Virus record (IMG/VR): IMGVR_UViG_3300029305_002725
Coordinates: 1 to 64,000 of that record
DNA: 64,000 nucleotides
Source: a virus
Taxonomy: Duplodnaviria > Caudoviricetes
Reading direction: 5' to 3' (one strand)
Position numbers and translations under genes: made by a program. Positions 40,957-52,831 of the stretch are shown one piece after another. Within the stretch, counting starts at the first letter, position 1; every line of letters starts with the position of its first letter. The notes under the pieces are model-generated. The model was not told the DNA's origin. It did no database searches and saw only the letters and a program-made list of their open reading frames with translations.

Positions 40957-41645
40957 AATATACCTCCTATTAGTGGTTAGGTCACTACCCAATTATTTTA
41001 GTGGTTTATGAGCCACTTTCTGAGCACAGATATACTATACTCACAAAGTGACCCATAGTGTCACGTGGTTACTGTATAAACATTGTTCATATAGTAACCC
41101 TATGGGTACTCGGGGTTATGATTCCTCTAGGGCATTGGCTCTCCCAACTGGGCACTCTCGCCGTTGCCGTGTGTAGCCTCCCACACGTTTCATGGTGTTA
41201 CACCATTACTCCCACAGACATAGCTATTATTACATAGCGTGGACTGACTTGCTGACCTCTCGCCCTATTCAGTCCGTGGGTATAGTTACCCCTCTATTGT
41301 AATGTGTCCAGTGTTGCAATATGACACACCACGCACGCACAGTGCTGACCATGGTACAAACGACTTTGCAAAGCCTCCCATTTTATGTACAAACGTACGG
41401 TCATTTACTTGTCAAACCTAGCGTTCCAAACTAGGGCAAGGGTGAAAAACTAACATAAGGTTGCCTGTTAGGGCATAGCTGTCCCATAGTTAAGCCTGTT
41501 AGGGCTATTGGAAAAAGTACCACCTGAAAAAATTTTAAACACGTGGATTTTTCCGATACGGAAAAGCCAAAAAATGCTAGATTTTCAAGGAACATCGGCG
41601 AGTTGCCTCGCCTCACCTTGGGGTGTTGCCCCTCGGCTTGTCTAT

Positions 41646-41674
41646 ATACTACCACCACCCCCCACAAAATGCAA
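41646..41674 (-). promoter_or_regulatory. Candidate leftward sigma-A promoter
   Basis: TTGCAT-17-TAGTAT with extended TG. Confidence 0.5.
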
Positions 41675-41819
41675 ATCAATTCTATGCAACAAATATGTAT
41701 TTCTTGCGAGTTTTTTATATACTATATATTGTGTTACCGGGGTGCATAAAACCACAAGATATAGTGTTTTTTTACCATTTTTAGTAAGGTAGTTCATTTA
41801 CACACTGACTGCAAAATTT

Positions 41820-42300
41820 AAGCTAAACACACCACTACACACCGAACCATCACCAAAACAATAACTTAATAATCATATCAAATGAACAAAATACACACAA
41901 TAAACATATCACTCAAAACCAACATCTACACAACATTACATAAACCACAACAGATCCCTATTAAATAATAGTACTTTTTTATTAGTAACCAAAACCTCGG
42001 GCAACCCACAGCAATTCCCTACTAAAAACAACCAATTCCCCACACGAGGTCTAATAAATATAATAGCCAAAAAATTCGTACAATTAAATCTTGATCATAA
42101 TCAACATCTAAAAACGCTAACAATTCACTACGATTTATCCGCATACCCAACAACTTACACCAACAAATGTTCGTATTAACATATGAGCAATCATGCATAT
42201 GTTCACCAAAACTACCAAAATACCAACAATAAATTACTAAAATAACCGCATAGGGGGGGTACTTTCAACTAAAACACATTAATCTATATAAACTACTATA
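41820..42300. other. Extremely A/C-skewed non-coding tract at the transcription divergence
   Basis: Very low G on the + strand except a G7 run near 42253. Confidence 0.7.
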
Positions 42301-42373
42301 CCCTTGACTCAGGCGCCGTCAGGCTTATAACAGCAAGAAAAAATGCACTTCAAGTCCCAATTGCACTGCACAC

Positions 42374-42402
42374 TTGACAAATTAAAAAATATATATTATA
42401 CT
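42374..42402 (+). promoter_or_regulatory. Rightward sigma-A promoter
   Basis: TTGACA-17-TATACT followed by CAATACAAAATTAA. Confidence 0.75.
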
Positions 42403-42422
42403 ATGTACACAATACAAAATTA

Positions 42423-42764
42423 ATGCCAAGGAGGTGCACAATGTTCAACTTTCAAATCCACTCATCTATCATGCACGCATTAAACAAACACAACGACTTA
42501 CTTCCAAATCCGCGTCTAACACTTCTAGATGGAGCAATTTTATGTCTCACCAAATCATTCTATGAAGCTGACCGCAAACTCTTCATGTCAAATAAAGAGC
42601 TCAGCAAATTATTCCTGTCAGACCCAGGCACTATTCAGCGCTCAATAGATCGCCTTGTCACAGCAGGTCTAATCTCCAAAGAAAAAGAATATGTAGGTTC
42701 AAAACAGCGCCGCTATCTCACCTATAAACCAGAAGCCGTAGGCAACCTTTTAAATCTAATGTGA
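42423..42764 (+). CDS. Winged helix-turn-helix protein (replication-initiator-like N domain); true start probably 42441
   Basis: FMSNKELSKLFLSDPGTIQRSIDRLVTAGLISKE. Confidence 0.7.
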   Translation: MPRRCTMFNFQIHSSIMHALNKHNDLLPNPRLTLLDGAILCLTKSFYEADRKLFMSNKELSKLFLSDPGTIQRSIDRLVTAGLISKEKEYVGSKQRRYLTYKPEAVGNLLNLM

Positions 42765-42969
42765 AGTGCATTGTCAATTGCATTATGCAACTGAGTGTCA
42801 AGTGCATAGTGCACTTATATAATACTAATATATATTTATAATACTAAGTTAGATACTCGCAATGCTGACGCATTCCTCGTATCTTATATATATTTACTTT
42901 ATATATAATAATTTATATATATAATATATAATTATCTTAATTGTATAATACACTTGACATATATACCAC

Positions 42970-42997
42970 TTGACAAATGGGAAATATATGTTATAAT
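42970..42997 (+). promoter_or_regulatory. Rightward sigma-A promoter
   Basis: TTGACA-16-TATAAT with extended TG, motif downstream. Confidence 0.7.
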
Positions 42998-43219
42998 AGT
43001 TTCAGATAAATTACAATACAAAATTAATATAGAGGTGAAACAGTAACATGCTTGATATATTACTAGTTTTTATTATTCTAAAATGGACTGGCGCAGTAGA
43101 TTGGTCATGGGGCACAGTATTTATCCCAGTTTGGATCAGCATCATTGAATGGATTGGTTTGGCGCTATATTCTTGGTGGCTAAATCTAGATCTATAACAA
43201 ACAATACAAAATTAATGAG

Positions 43220-46200
43220 GTGACAACAATGGATGTCCAATCCAAAATCTTTTTTGGCACACAATTCAACAGCGCAGATGATCAATTCAACCAATGGATA
43301 AGCGAGCACCAAGGTGCCTCAATCGTTGAATTTAAATATCAGCACACATCAACATATTGGCACCATTCAATTTGTATTCTATATAAAGAACAAAAATATA
43401 ACTATGAGCCCCATGGTGGCGTTGTATGCCATGATGAATATTTTCTTGACACGCTTATCGACTAAAATAAAAAGCGCTCACATAGGCTCTCATGGGCTCA
43501 CACAAGAAAGGACAATAATATGCAGATTGAAAAGCTAAACAAATATAAGACTTCTGATGATGGTTATCATTGGTATGAGTGTCCAACCAGAGATGACATT
43601 ATTGATAAGATCAATGAAATCATCGACTACATCAACTCAGCAGAAAATGCTTGCGCAAATGTTTTAACGAGCATTAAGGAGAATTAACATGGGAAACAAA
43701 TATGAAATCTTAGCAGCCCACTACCCCTTCAAAGGCCACTATGAAAAATCATTTCAATGCAATACTCTTTGGGTTGCTTTGAAGTATTTTAGAGAATATA
43801 GGCATCAGGGCTATGAGATTATTGACGTACATTACAGAGATATCAAGGAAACATTCACTTGGGCATTTACGGAGGATTAAAAAAAATGGAAGAGTATATT
43901 TCGCGTAAATATTTAGAAGGCATCGTAGATTATTATCTCGCCCACTCTAACGGCGCAGAGCATTATGCTTACGGTATTATCAGAGGCGAAGTTAGAATTG
44001 CGCCGTCTACAAATAATGTTCCAGTAGATGAAATTCGGCTACATCATATACTTGTTGATGAAAACGGTGTACCAGAAGTCAAGCTTCAGTTTGGAGAAAC
44101 ATTCGTTCTTCTTCGTGGAGACCGAGTTGATGTTAGGGAAGTGGTGCATGGACATTGGGTTTTGGCTGATGATGGTGACGGAGATGTTTGTTCTGTGTGT
44201 GGAACGGACTTCTGCAACATAATCTATAAAACTGGGAATTGGAACTACTGCCCCAGCTGCGGCGCTCGTATGGATGCATAATAAAATACGAATTTTATGA
44301 GGTAGTTATGGATAGATTTACATGGAAAGCACCTGATGATACATATCAAATTGATGATTGTATGGCAGTTCATACAGTAACTTGTTTTGATGAAGACTTT
44401 AAGAATGCTTTTACTATTTATGAAGGAGCGGCAATTGATAAGCTTGGTCATTATGAAGACTTAGAAGAACAAGGTAGATTACTAATTCTTCCTTGTAAGA
44501 TTGGAGATAGAATTTATAGAGTTGTTCCAGACCTTTCTGTTGATTGGCCTGACCCTCCAGAATACAAGGTAGTGTGGGACACATTTAAACCAAATGATAT
44601 TTATGAGTTTGGCAAGAAGATTTTCTTAACTCGTGAAGAAGCAGAAAAAGTAGCAAAGAGCAAATAAAAATAAAATTTTAAATGGTGGTCATATGACAAG
44701 AAACGAATTTATTAAATTGTTAAAAGACAATCTTAAGCCAAATGCACAAATGGATTTTTTGGTTTGTGATTATAAAAAACCAATGGTTGCATTTTTGGAC
44801 ATTCACGATGTATGTATGAATGCCGATGTGGATGACCCGAACAATAAAAATCGTGGTGGCATCGTGTTCACAATTAAAGAAGACTTGACAACATAAAAAC
44901 AAACTTTTAAGAGGTAGTATTATGGACAGAAAATTATTAGACGCTAAAAGAGCAATCTTTAAAATGATTTCACAGTTCCACCATCCCACCATGTTTGATG
45001 ATGGCGAACTTTATATTTATAATTACTGCGAATCGGCTTTGGAAGCAGCCTTTGAAGTTCTTGGTATTGAAGAAGATTATATTCCTTTGATGGACTTTTG
45101 CAAAATGTGGGAAGATAATGACAGAGAATACTGGGTCAATGAACCGTTTGATGGCATAACCGCAGACATCCATTATGAATGTATGAAAGAAGACTACGAA
45201 TCATGGCAAAGAGCTATTGATTATCTTGACGAAGATGATCAAACACATAAAAATTCATATTTTAAGAGGTAATTATGAAAATTTATAAAAGAGAAATTAA
45301 ACCATATATCCAACCACCTCAGCTGCAAGGTTTTAACGACAAACCATTTCCTGTTCAGGGATATGACTGGGTGTCAGAAGAATTAGAAGATAAACTGAGA
45401 AATGAAATTGTAGTTGATGATCCTTGGTCTAAGCTAATTTTTGTAGAAAGATATGTAGTACTAGGTGATGGAGTGCTTGATAAGTGGGAAGCCGAATGGG
45501 TATATGACCATTGGTGCGAATTTAAATGCTCTAATTGCGGCAACTGGTCAGACTCTAAACCACACAAAGGAAAAGAAAAATATTGTCCTGAGTGTGGATC
45601 AAAAATGTTTAAGAGGTAATATATGAAATTTTTACTATGGGAAATTAAATTTGAGCCATATAGACTAGCCAAGCTCCAGTGGGTATTATTTAAACTATTT
45701 AAGATTAAGTGCAACGCCTGCGGTTATATCAAACCAAACTACGGATTTTGCCACCAGCCTTGGGAGATTGAACGTTGTGATGTAATCAATGAGGACAAAA
45801 ATCACAGAGTTATCTGTAAATGTTGCGGCACCACACGAATCCAAAGTAGCCATTATATTAATCCTAACCCAAAACAAATTGGTGAGTGGTTCAGTTTTGA
45901 TGAGGAGGATTTTATATGAGAGTTGAAAACACAAAAGTAAAATTTACAATCCCTATTCCTATTAACAAGCCAGATTGTAACGGAATTATTTATACAGAAG
46001 AAGCGGTAGAAAAAGCTGTGAGCAATCTTAATAAATATCTTCCTATACTCTATAAAAAAGATACCGAAACCGATGCAGTGGTTGTTGGCGCGACTACAGG
46101 AGATTCTCATATTGTCACCTTGGATCTAGATAACCAAATCTGTAAGCTGACGGTAGACGGAGTTATCTTCCATAGCGGTGCGGAAATTATTGTAAATGAC

Positions 46201-46260
46201 ATGACGGAAGACGGTAAGATTACTGATTTTAGAATAGCAAGTATTGGGTTGACAACATAA
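43220..46260 (+). CDS. Run of small hypothetical ORFs (43220-43465, 43689-43880, 43859-44281 Zn ribbon, 44239-44667, 44693-44896, 44922-45272, 45275-45619 Zn ribbon, 45623-45919, 45916-46260)
   Basis: Co-oriented ORFs with RBS; CxxCG..YCPxCG in two of them. Confidence 0.65.
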
Positions 46261-46271
46261 GGGGTGAAAAT

Positions 46272-46751
46272 ATGTTAGGTGTAGCGCTAACAGGACATAG
46301 ACCTGAAAGATTAGGGTATGCCAAAGATACATATGCAACAGAATCCTGGGGTCGTATGATTGATTGGCTAAAACTAAAAATTGAAGAAAATGATATAACG
46401 GATGTTTATTGTGGCATGGCAAATGGATGTGATATTGCATACGGCATTGCCGCACTAGAGCTAAAAGATGAAGGCCATTTGGTAAAGCTGCATTGTATAC
46501 TTCCTTGTAAAAATTATAACGAATCAAATACATGGTATAAGATGCTAAAGGAAGGCGCAGACGAATGGGTTGAGTTGTCTGAACAGTTTTATAAAGGTTG
46601 CGACGATGCTCGCGATCAGTATATGGTGGATCACAGTGATAAGTTATTTGCTATTTGGGATGGCAATAAATCTGGCGGTGTCTGGTCCACTATCAGAAAG
46701 GCACAAAAGAAAGGTATAGATATTATTTACTATCCAAAAGAGAATTTATAA
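46272..46751 (+). CDS. YspA-like SLOG family protein
   Basis: ALTGHRP, GMANGCD, RDQYMVDHSD, WDGNKSGG. Confidence 0.85.
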   Translation: MLGVALTGHRPERLGYAKDTYATESWGRMIDWLKLKIEENDITDVYCGMANGCDIAYGIAALELKDEGHLVKLHCILPCKNYNESNTWYKMLKEGADEWVELSEQFYKGCDDARDQYMVDHSDKLFAIWDGNKSGGVWSTIRKAQKKGIDIIYYPKENL

Positions 46752-46761
46752 GAGGTATTAT

Positions 46762-49700
46762 ATGAAGCGTTGGACAGATGAAGAAACAGGTACGAAAATG
46801 TGTGAGCCAGATTGTGTAGATGAATGGTTATTTTTCATCTGGGCAATTGGATGTGACTATGACGGGTGCCGCAATGTAGAAGATCTAAAAAAGCTAGTTG
46901 ATGAGCTAGTTGACATGGCTAATAAGGCAAGAGAGTGTTTGTGGACCAATAGGCTATTTGGCATACACGGCTCCCCTACTGATGAGGTGTAAAATATGAA
47001 CAATAATATGATGGGCCAAGCTATGTTAATTGCCTATGCTGAGCTTGGTGTTCAAATTGACAGATTTGACAACACAGATACGGGAATTATATTGCTATTT
47101 ACCGTACCAAAGGGCTCCTATCATAGAGGCGCTGACAATATAGAAATGTCTGGCAAACATCTTGCATCAAGAGTAAAGCGTACACTTGAAGAAATGGGCG
47201 TTGTTTTTGCTGATTGTAGATGTAAGATTCGTGATGAATACTGGAGCGAAGATATGGCGAAGCTTGCTAAGAAAATGGCATATAAAGACATTGGATATAA
47301 AGATTGGCAAATTAAATGAGGTGACTCAATGGAAGAACTTAAACAAGGAATCTGGGAACGAATAGTAAAGCAGCACGGCAACGAGCAAGATGGTTTCTGG
47401 ACAGAACAGTTTTGGAAATGCTCAGAATGTAACTATGAGCGCCGTGATGCATTTATTCCAAAATACAAGCCGAATTACTGTGAAGATTGTGGTGCATATA
47501 TGAAAGGTGATCAAAAATGACAGTAGAACAGCTAAATAAAGCAAATGAGATTCAAAAAGAAATTGAGATGCTAAATAAGGTCTTTTCTATGCTAGACTCT
47601 ACAATTGTATATGAAGAAGATAGAGGTACACCAATTAAAAGTTTTATTCGTTTTATTAACGGAAAGCTTAAGAATTGGGAGGAACCTAAGGCACATGTAA
47701 TTCTATTTAGAGATAATAGAGTCTCTGGTGAAGACATTCCTGTTGATGTGGAATTTCTCAAGTGCTTGCGTTCATATTTTCAGGATCGTCTGAATGAAAA
47801 GAAACGAGAGCTTGGTGATATTTGATGGCAAACTGTAAAACTTGTATGCACGAACAAGCTTGCGCCGCATGGATTCGCCATGGAGAAATGCTATATGATG
47901 ATTTTGAGTACTCTGTAGAGGATTGTCAGTATTACACTAAGGCCGCACATGGAAGATGGATGTGGGAAGGACAATTTAAAGCGTGCTCTGAATGCGGTTC
48001 ATATGTTGAATGGAGTGAAACACTTGGAGCAAATTTTTGGAAGTATTGTCCGTATTGTGGCATAAAAATGGAGGAAGATAATATTGATTGGCGTAGAAAT
48101 TTTAGCAACGAATGAAGTTGTGGTGGCGTATGAATTTAATTGGTATATATATGTTGGGATTATTATTGTTGTTACTGTTATTATGGTTTTAATATCAATT
48201 ATGAATGTTCGTTATGTCGGAATTGAAGACATTGTTGTTGGAGCAATTGTTGGTCTTGTTTTGGGCACAATATTTGGACTGCCTATTGCAAACAATATAA
48301 TTCCAAGTGAGTATGAAACACACTATAAAGTCACAATCTCTGACGAAGTATCAACGAATGAGTTTTTAGATCAATATGAAATCATTGGTCAAGAAGGAAA
48401 GATTTATACAGTGAGGGAAATAAAATGAAGGATTTTATAGACGAGCTTAGATCAAATGTTGTTTCTACTAGAAAATTTCATACCACAACAGCAAAAGTCG
48501 GAAGAGATGTGATTGAAAACGCAGAATATTTTACTTTTGACTTTTCTGATTGGTGCGCATCAAAGAAAATGAAATGGCACGAAAAGATTTTGGATGTTAT
48601 TACTACTGTATTTTATAGAACTAGACATAAAATAAGAGATGCCTATTGGGAAGTGCGTTACGGTTTTCAAAGAATGTTTAAGGGCTATGATAGCGTAGAT
48701 ACTTTTGAAACTTTTGCAAAGTTTATTGAGCGCTATACTAAAATCCTTACTGAATATAGAAAGACCCATGTTGGTTATGTTGGAACAATGACCAATGAAG
48801 AGTGGGAAACAATCATTGATGAAATGCTTTATCATTTGTATTACATGGACGAAGAACATGTGACGGAGGAGCTTGAAAAAGATGTTCCTGACGACTGGTC
48901 TGCAAGTAATAAAACTATATATGAAATTTTGGACAAACATAAGGATGAGTTCTTTAAATTGTTTTCGGAGTATTTTTATAATTTGTGGGATTGAGGTGTA
49001 ATTAAAATGATTTTGTTTTATAACCGTATGATGGCACCTGAAAGGAGATATAGACATGGCAAATTATATGGCAGAAGTCGCAAAAATGCTTGGCGTTGAG
49101 TTTGATGAAGAATTTGAGATTGAGTTCCCGTCACCTTCATCTGTTAAAGCAACCGCAGTTTTTTCGGAGAATGGATTTCGTATTATAAATACAGACGCTT
49201 ATATATTAACTCCATATTGGGCAGAGTCTGTATTCCATAACTTGTTAAAAGGTTCTTTAACTATTAAACGTAAGCCTTGGAAACCAAAAGACAATGAACT
49301 ATTTTTTGTCGTCTCGTTTGATGGCAAGGTTATGTTTAAGTATTGGGATGAAGAAAGTACACCTTATAGAACATATTATAAGATTGGCAACTGTTATCGT
49401 TATAAAGATGAAGCGGAAGCAAACCGCGATAAGTGGATGGCCTTTTATGCATCTGATGAGATTTCGGATGGTAAAATGAAATGCAAGGATTGCAACTGTG
49501 CAGTTAAAGATTTTTTTAAGTGCGCGCCAGGGAAATATGTTTGTACTGGAGTAAAAAACCCGTTTGTTATTGAAGATATTAATACAGAATGCACTGAATA
49601 TTAAAATAAAAGGAGTAAATAAAATGAGTGGACGTTATATTCGGCAAGAGCCCTATGTTGACAAGAATGGTATTTACATTCCAGACAAGGAATATGTTCC

Positions 49701-49845
49701 AGAGGGGTGTGAGAGTACATATAGATGTGTGATGACGAAAGAAATGTTTGTCGAAGCATATAATAAGTGGATTGTTGGCAAGAGAAATGTGTTTAACAGT
49801 CCGTTTGTTGGACAAGATGATGCAGATGATTGGTGTGATGATTAA
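46762..49845 (+). CDS. Run of hypothetical ORFs (46762-46992, 46996-47319, 47329-47520, 47517-47825, 47822-48115, 48084-48428 membrane, 48425-48994, 49056-49604, 49564-49845)
   Basis: Coupled ORFs; Zn ribbons in the 47329 and 47822 ORFs. Confidence 0.65.
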
Positions 49846-50029
49846 TGAGTGGCTCAATTGAGGTGCGTCGTGATGGCGAAGTAATTTGTGTGTGCAAAGA
49901 TGAAACATGTCTTTATCCGCCTGAAATTATGAAGGATATGAAGACAAATGGTTATAAATTTTATCAAGACGGAAAGATTTATAAACCAGAAAAGAAGCAA
50001 GAAAAATAAAAATATAAAGGCGGTGATGT

Positions 50030-52831
50030 TTGTTGGCGAAGCAAAAGAAATTACAACAATACGTGTTTAAGATAAACTCTACTCTATTGCGAAAAAATGA
50101 TTGGAATTTAACTTTGCCGCTAAACAGAGCTAGAAATACAACTGGGCTTGTCGTTGCCCTAGCAGATTCACAGATTTTATCTTGGATTAATGAATTGAAT
50201 GGAACAGAAGATTATGATGTGCAGGCAAAAGAAATTAAGCGTCAGATTAAAGAAATAAAAAAACAATCTATTAGCCGTGAAAATAAGACTAAAATTGCAA
50301 ATTTATATAAGCAATTATATAGGCTTCAATTTAAAGAAGATTATCTGTGCGTTATAATGGATAAAAAATCAGATTATGATCGTGCAAATCAAGGATTTTA
50401 TGTTAATGGGATCAAGTATTTGCGCCTACTGTGTACAACTGGTGGTGTTAAAACATCTACGGTTGTATATGTTAGTGAGAAACTGCATCCAGAATTAAAG
50501 AAACGTATTGAAAACGGGAAAAATAATGAAGTGAAACTTGTGCCTGCAAAATTAGGAGCATATGAGGCGCTTGCAGCCAGTGGATCTCTTGAAGTAAGTT
50601 GGCCAAAGGATAAATATGCCCCAATTCCAGGTGGAGTTATAGTTATAAGAGATGCATTTACAGAATTTTATGCAGATTTGATTAATATTGACGACAGTGA
50701 TCGTTCACAAGAACCAATTGTTCAGTTTGTTTCAAACCAACTAGTTAGAAATGACTGTTCTGATGGCTGCTCTATGATGCTCCCTTCTCTATCAAGGAGA
50801 TGGAATGGTGAACTTAATGATGATTATGAGCATACAATGAGTGGATGCAATCTTCGTTGCGCTTGGACCAAGGGTATGACATTCACTTTTGATTATATAA
50901 AATTTGCAGAAGAAGTTGTTGGCGCATCAGACGACTGTCCTGAAAAGTATTTTATTACGGATATTTGGGGCCAGAAAAGAGATATCAGAGACTCTGAATT
51001 GATTATTACAGAAAGTCAGTTAAAGCTTTGGAGCTGTTATAGTTCTTGGGAAGATTACTATAATAAGTGCTTAGAAAACAAGTATACTATCAGAGTTGCG
51101 AAGACTGCACCGCATGAAGTTGATAACGTTAGACAGTTAAATTATCAATTTATTCAGTCTTTGGACTTATCAAATGATGATATCCAGGATCTTATCTCCA
51201 CTACTGTGAATGAAATTAAGGATACTATAGGCTTAGACCCTAGAAAAAGTATTGTTTATTTATGTGGCAAAAACTTAAAAGCAGAGAACATTCAGTACAC
51301 AGATGCCGCCGCAAGAGCATTGATGGCCAATTCTGACACCATAAAAGACCCGTATATCCGTAATAGAATCAAAAAAATGATTAATAAACGTATCAGAGAA
51401 GCCAAAATTGGTGTGCTTGATGTGTGTGGTAACTTCCAAATCATCTCTGGAGACATATATGCTTTATGTGAAAGCATGTTCGGTTTAGAGATACATGGTT
51501 TACTAAAAGCGGGTGAAATTTACAGTAAATACTGGAAGGACAGCGGTGTTCAGCGTGTCATGTGTGCAAGAGCACCAATGTCAAATGAACATTCTTTGGT
51601 CTCTCAGGACATTTGCTATGATGATAAAGTGGAGTATTGGTTTAAATATATGGATACTGTTGCAGTTGTAAATGCTTGGGACACTATGCCAATGGCTTTA
51701 AATGGTTTTGATTTTGATGGAGATCTACTATTTACGACTAATAGCCCTCCTCTGCTTAAGAATCAAAAGAACTTGCCTGCGCTAAACTGCATTCAGTATA
51801 ATGCTTCAAAGAAAGTTGTTACAGAGGAAGACGTTATCAAGGCAAACAAGAATGGATTTGGTAGTAAAATTGGTAGTATTACTAATAGAATTACTGCGAT
51901 TACATCTTTGATGGCAAATTATGAGCCAGGAAGCGTTGAGTATGAGATTTTAAGGTATAGAACCCAGTGTGGACAGGCGCTGCAGCAAGAAGAAATCGAC
52001 AAAGCCAAGGGAATTTTGCCCAATCCAATGCCTAAAAGTTGGTACATTTTTAGTGAAAATATCATAAAAAATGATGATTCTGAGGAGATTAAGGCCCAAA
52101 AAATACTCAATCAGAGGCTTTGCGCGGCCAAAAAACCTTACTTTTTCGGCTATAATTACACTACTTTAAAGCAAGAATATGACACTTTTGTGCGTGATAC
52201 AGATGAACATATTCAGAGTATAACAGGTAAAAATATACGAGATTTACTTAAAAATGATGGAAATTTGCCCGAAAATGAGCAAAAAATCTTAGAATTTTAC
52301 AAAAAACGGCTGCCTCTAGACGTCTCTCCATCAACCATGAACCGAATTTGCTGGGCTATTGAGGATGAATTTGATGGTGTTGATCTCTTTGAAAATGTGA
52401 AATTTGACCATTCTATTTATAAAAGTGGCGTGGAATACCCATTGGAATATTATGAGCTTATCAAGTTAAAATGTGAAGCTTATAAGCAGAAAAAGCGCGA
52501 GATAAACAAGAAAAAGTTTGTTGACCATGAGGATATGGAAGAAAGCACAATGGATCAAATTATTAAATTAAACGCAGATTTAGAGGAAAATTGTTTTTCC
52601 ATCTGTCCAAATGAACAAGTTCTTTGTGAGATTTTACTTGATATTTGCTATCGAGATGGTGTTGATGTTAATATTGTTTGGAATTTGTGCGGTGATATCA
52701 TTGTTGACAAGCTTGTAAAGAAATCTGGTTTATATCGCTATCCTGAGCAAGACGACAATGGGGAATTTAGTTACGGTGGAATTAAATTTAGTATGAAAGA
52801 TGTTGTTGCGGGAGGTGAAGTGGATGATTAA
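50030..52831 (+). CDS. YonO-like single-subunit (double-psi beta-barrel) RNA polymerase
   Basis: 933 aa; SDG, RAP, catalytic DFDGD, IGSITN, EIDKAKG; SPbeta-like synteny before HU and terminase. Confidence 0.88.
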   Translation: MLAKQKKLQQYVFKINSTLLRKNDWNLTLPLNRARNTTGLVVALADSQILSWINELNGTEDYDVQAKEIKRQIKEIKKQSISRENKTKIANLYKQLYRLQFKEDYLCVIMDKKSDYDRANQGFYVNGIKYLRLLCTTGGVKTSTVVYVSEKLHPELKKRIENGKNNEVKLVPAKLGAYEALAASGSLEVSWPKDKYAPIPGGVIVIRDAFTEFYADLINIDDSDRSQEPIVQFVSNQLVRNDCSDGCSMMLPSLSRRWNGELNDDYEHTMSGCNLRCAWTKGMTFTFDYIKFAEEVVGASDDCPEKYFITDIWGQKRDIRDSELIITESQLKLWSCYSSWEDYYNKCLENKYTIRVAKTAPHEVDNVRQLNYQFIQSLDLSNDDIQDLISTTVNEIKDTIGLDPRKSIVYLCGKNLKAENIQYTDAAARALMANSDTIKDPYIRNRIKKMINKRIREAKIGVLDVCGNFQIISGDIYALCESMFGLEIHGLLKAGEIYSKYWKDSGVQRVMCARAPMSNEHSLVSQDICYDDKVEYWFKYMDTVAVVNAWDTMPMALNGFDFDGDLLFTTNSPPLLKNQKNLPALNCIQYNASKKVVTEEDVIKANKNGFGSKIGSITNRITAITSLMANYEPGSVEYEILRYRTQCGQALQQEEIDKAKGILPNPMPKSWYIFSENIIKNDDSEEIKAQKILNQRLCAAKKPYFFGYNYTTLKQEYDTFVRDTDEHIQSITGKNIRDLLKNDGNLPENEQKILEFYKKRLPLDVSPSTMNRICWAIEDEFDGVDLFENVKFDHSIYKSGVEYPLEYYELIKLKCEAYKQKKREINKKKFVDHEDMEESTMDQIIKLNADLEENCFSICPNEQVLCEILLDICYRDGVDVNIVWNLCGDIIVDKLVKKSGLYRYPEQDDNGEFSYGGIKFSMKDVVAGGEVDD

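Noticed and set aside
41431-41792. ORFs in the divergence region
   Set aside because: Overlapping in several frames, no clear RBS and atypical composition.
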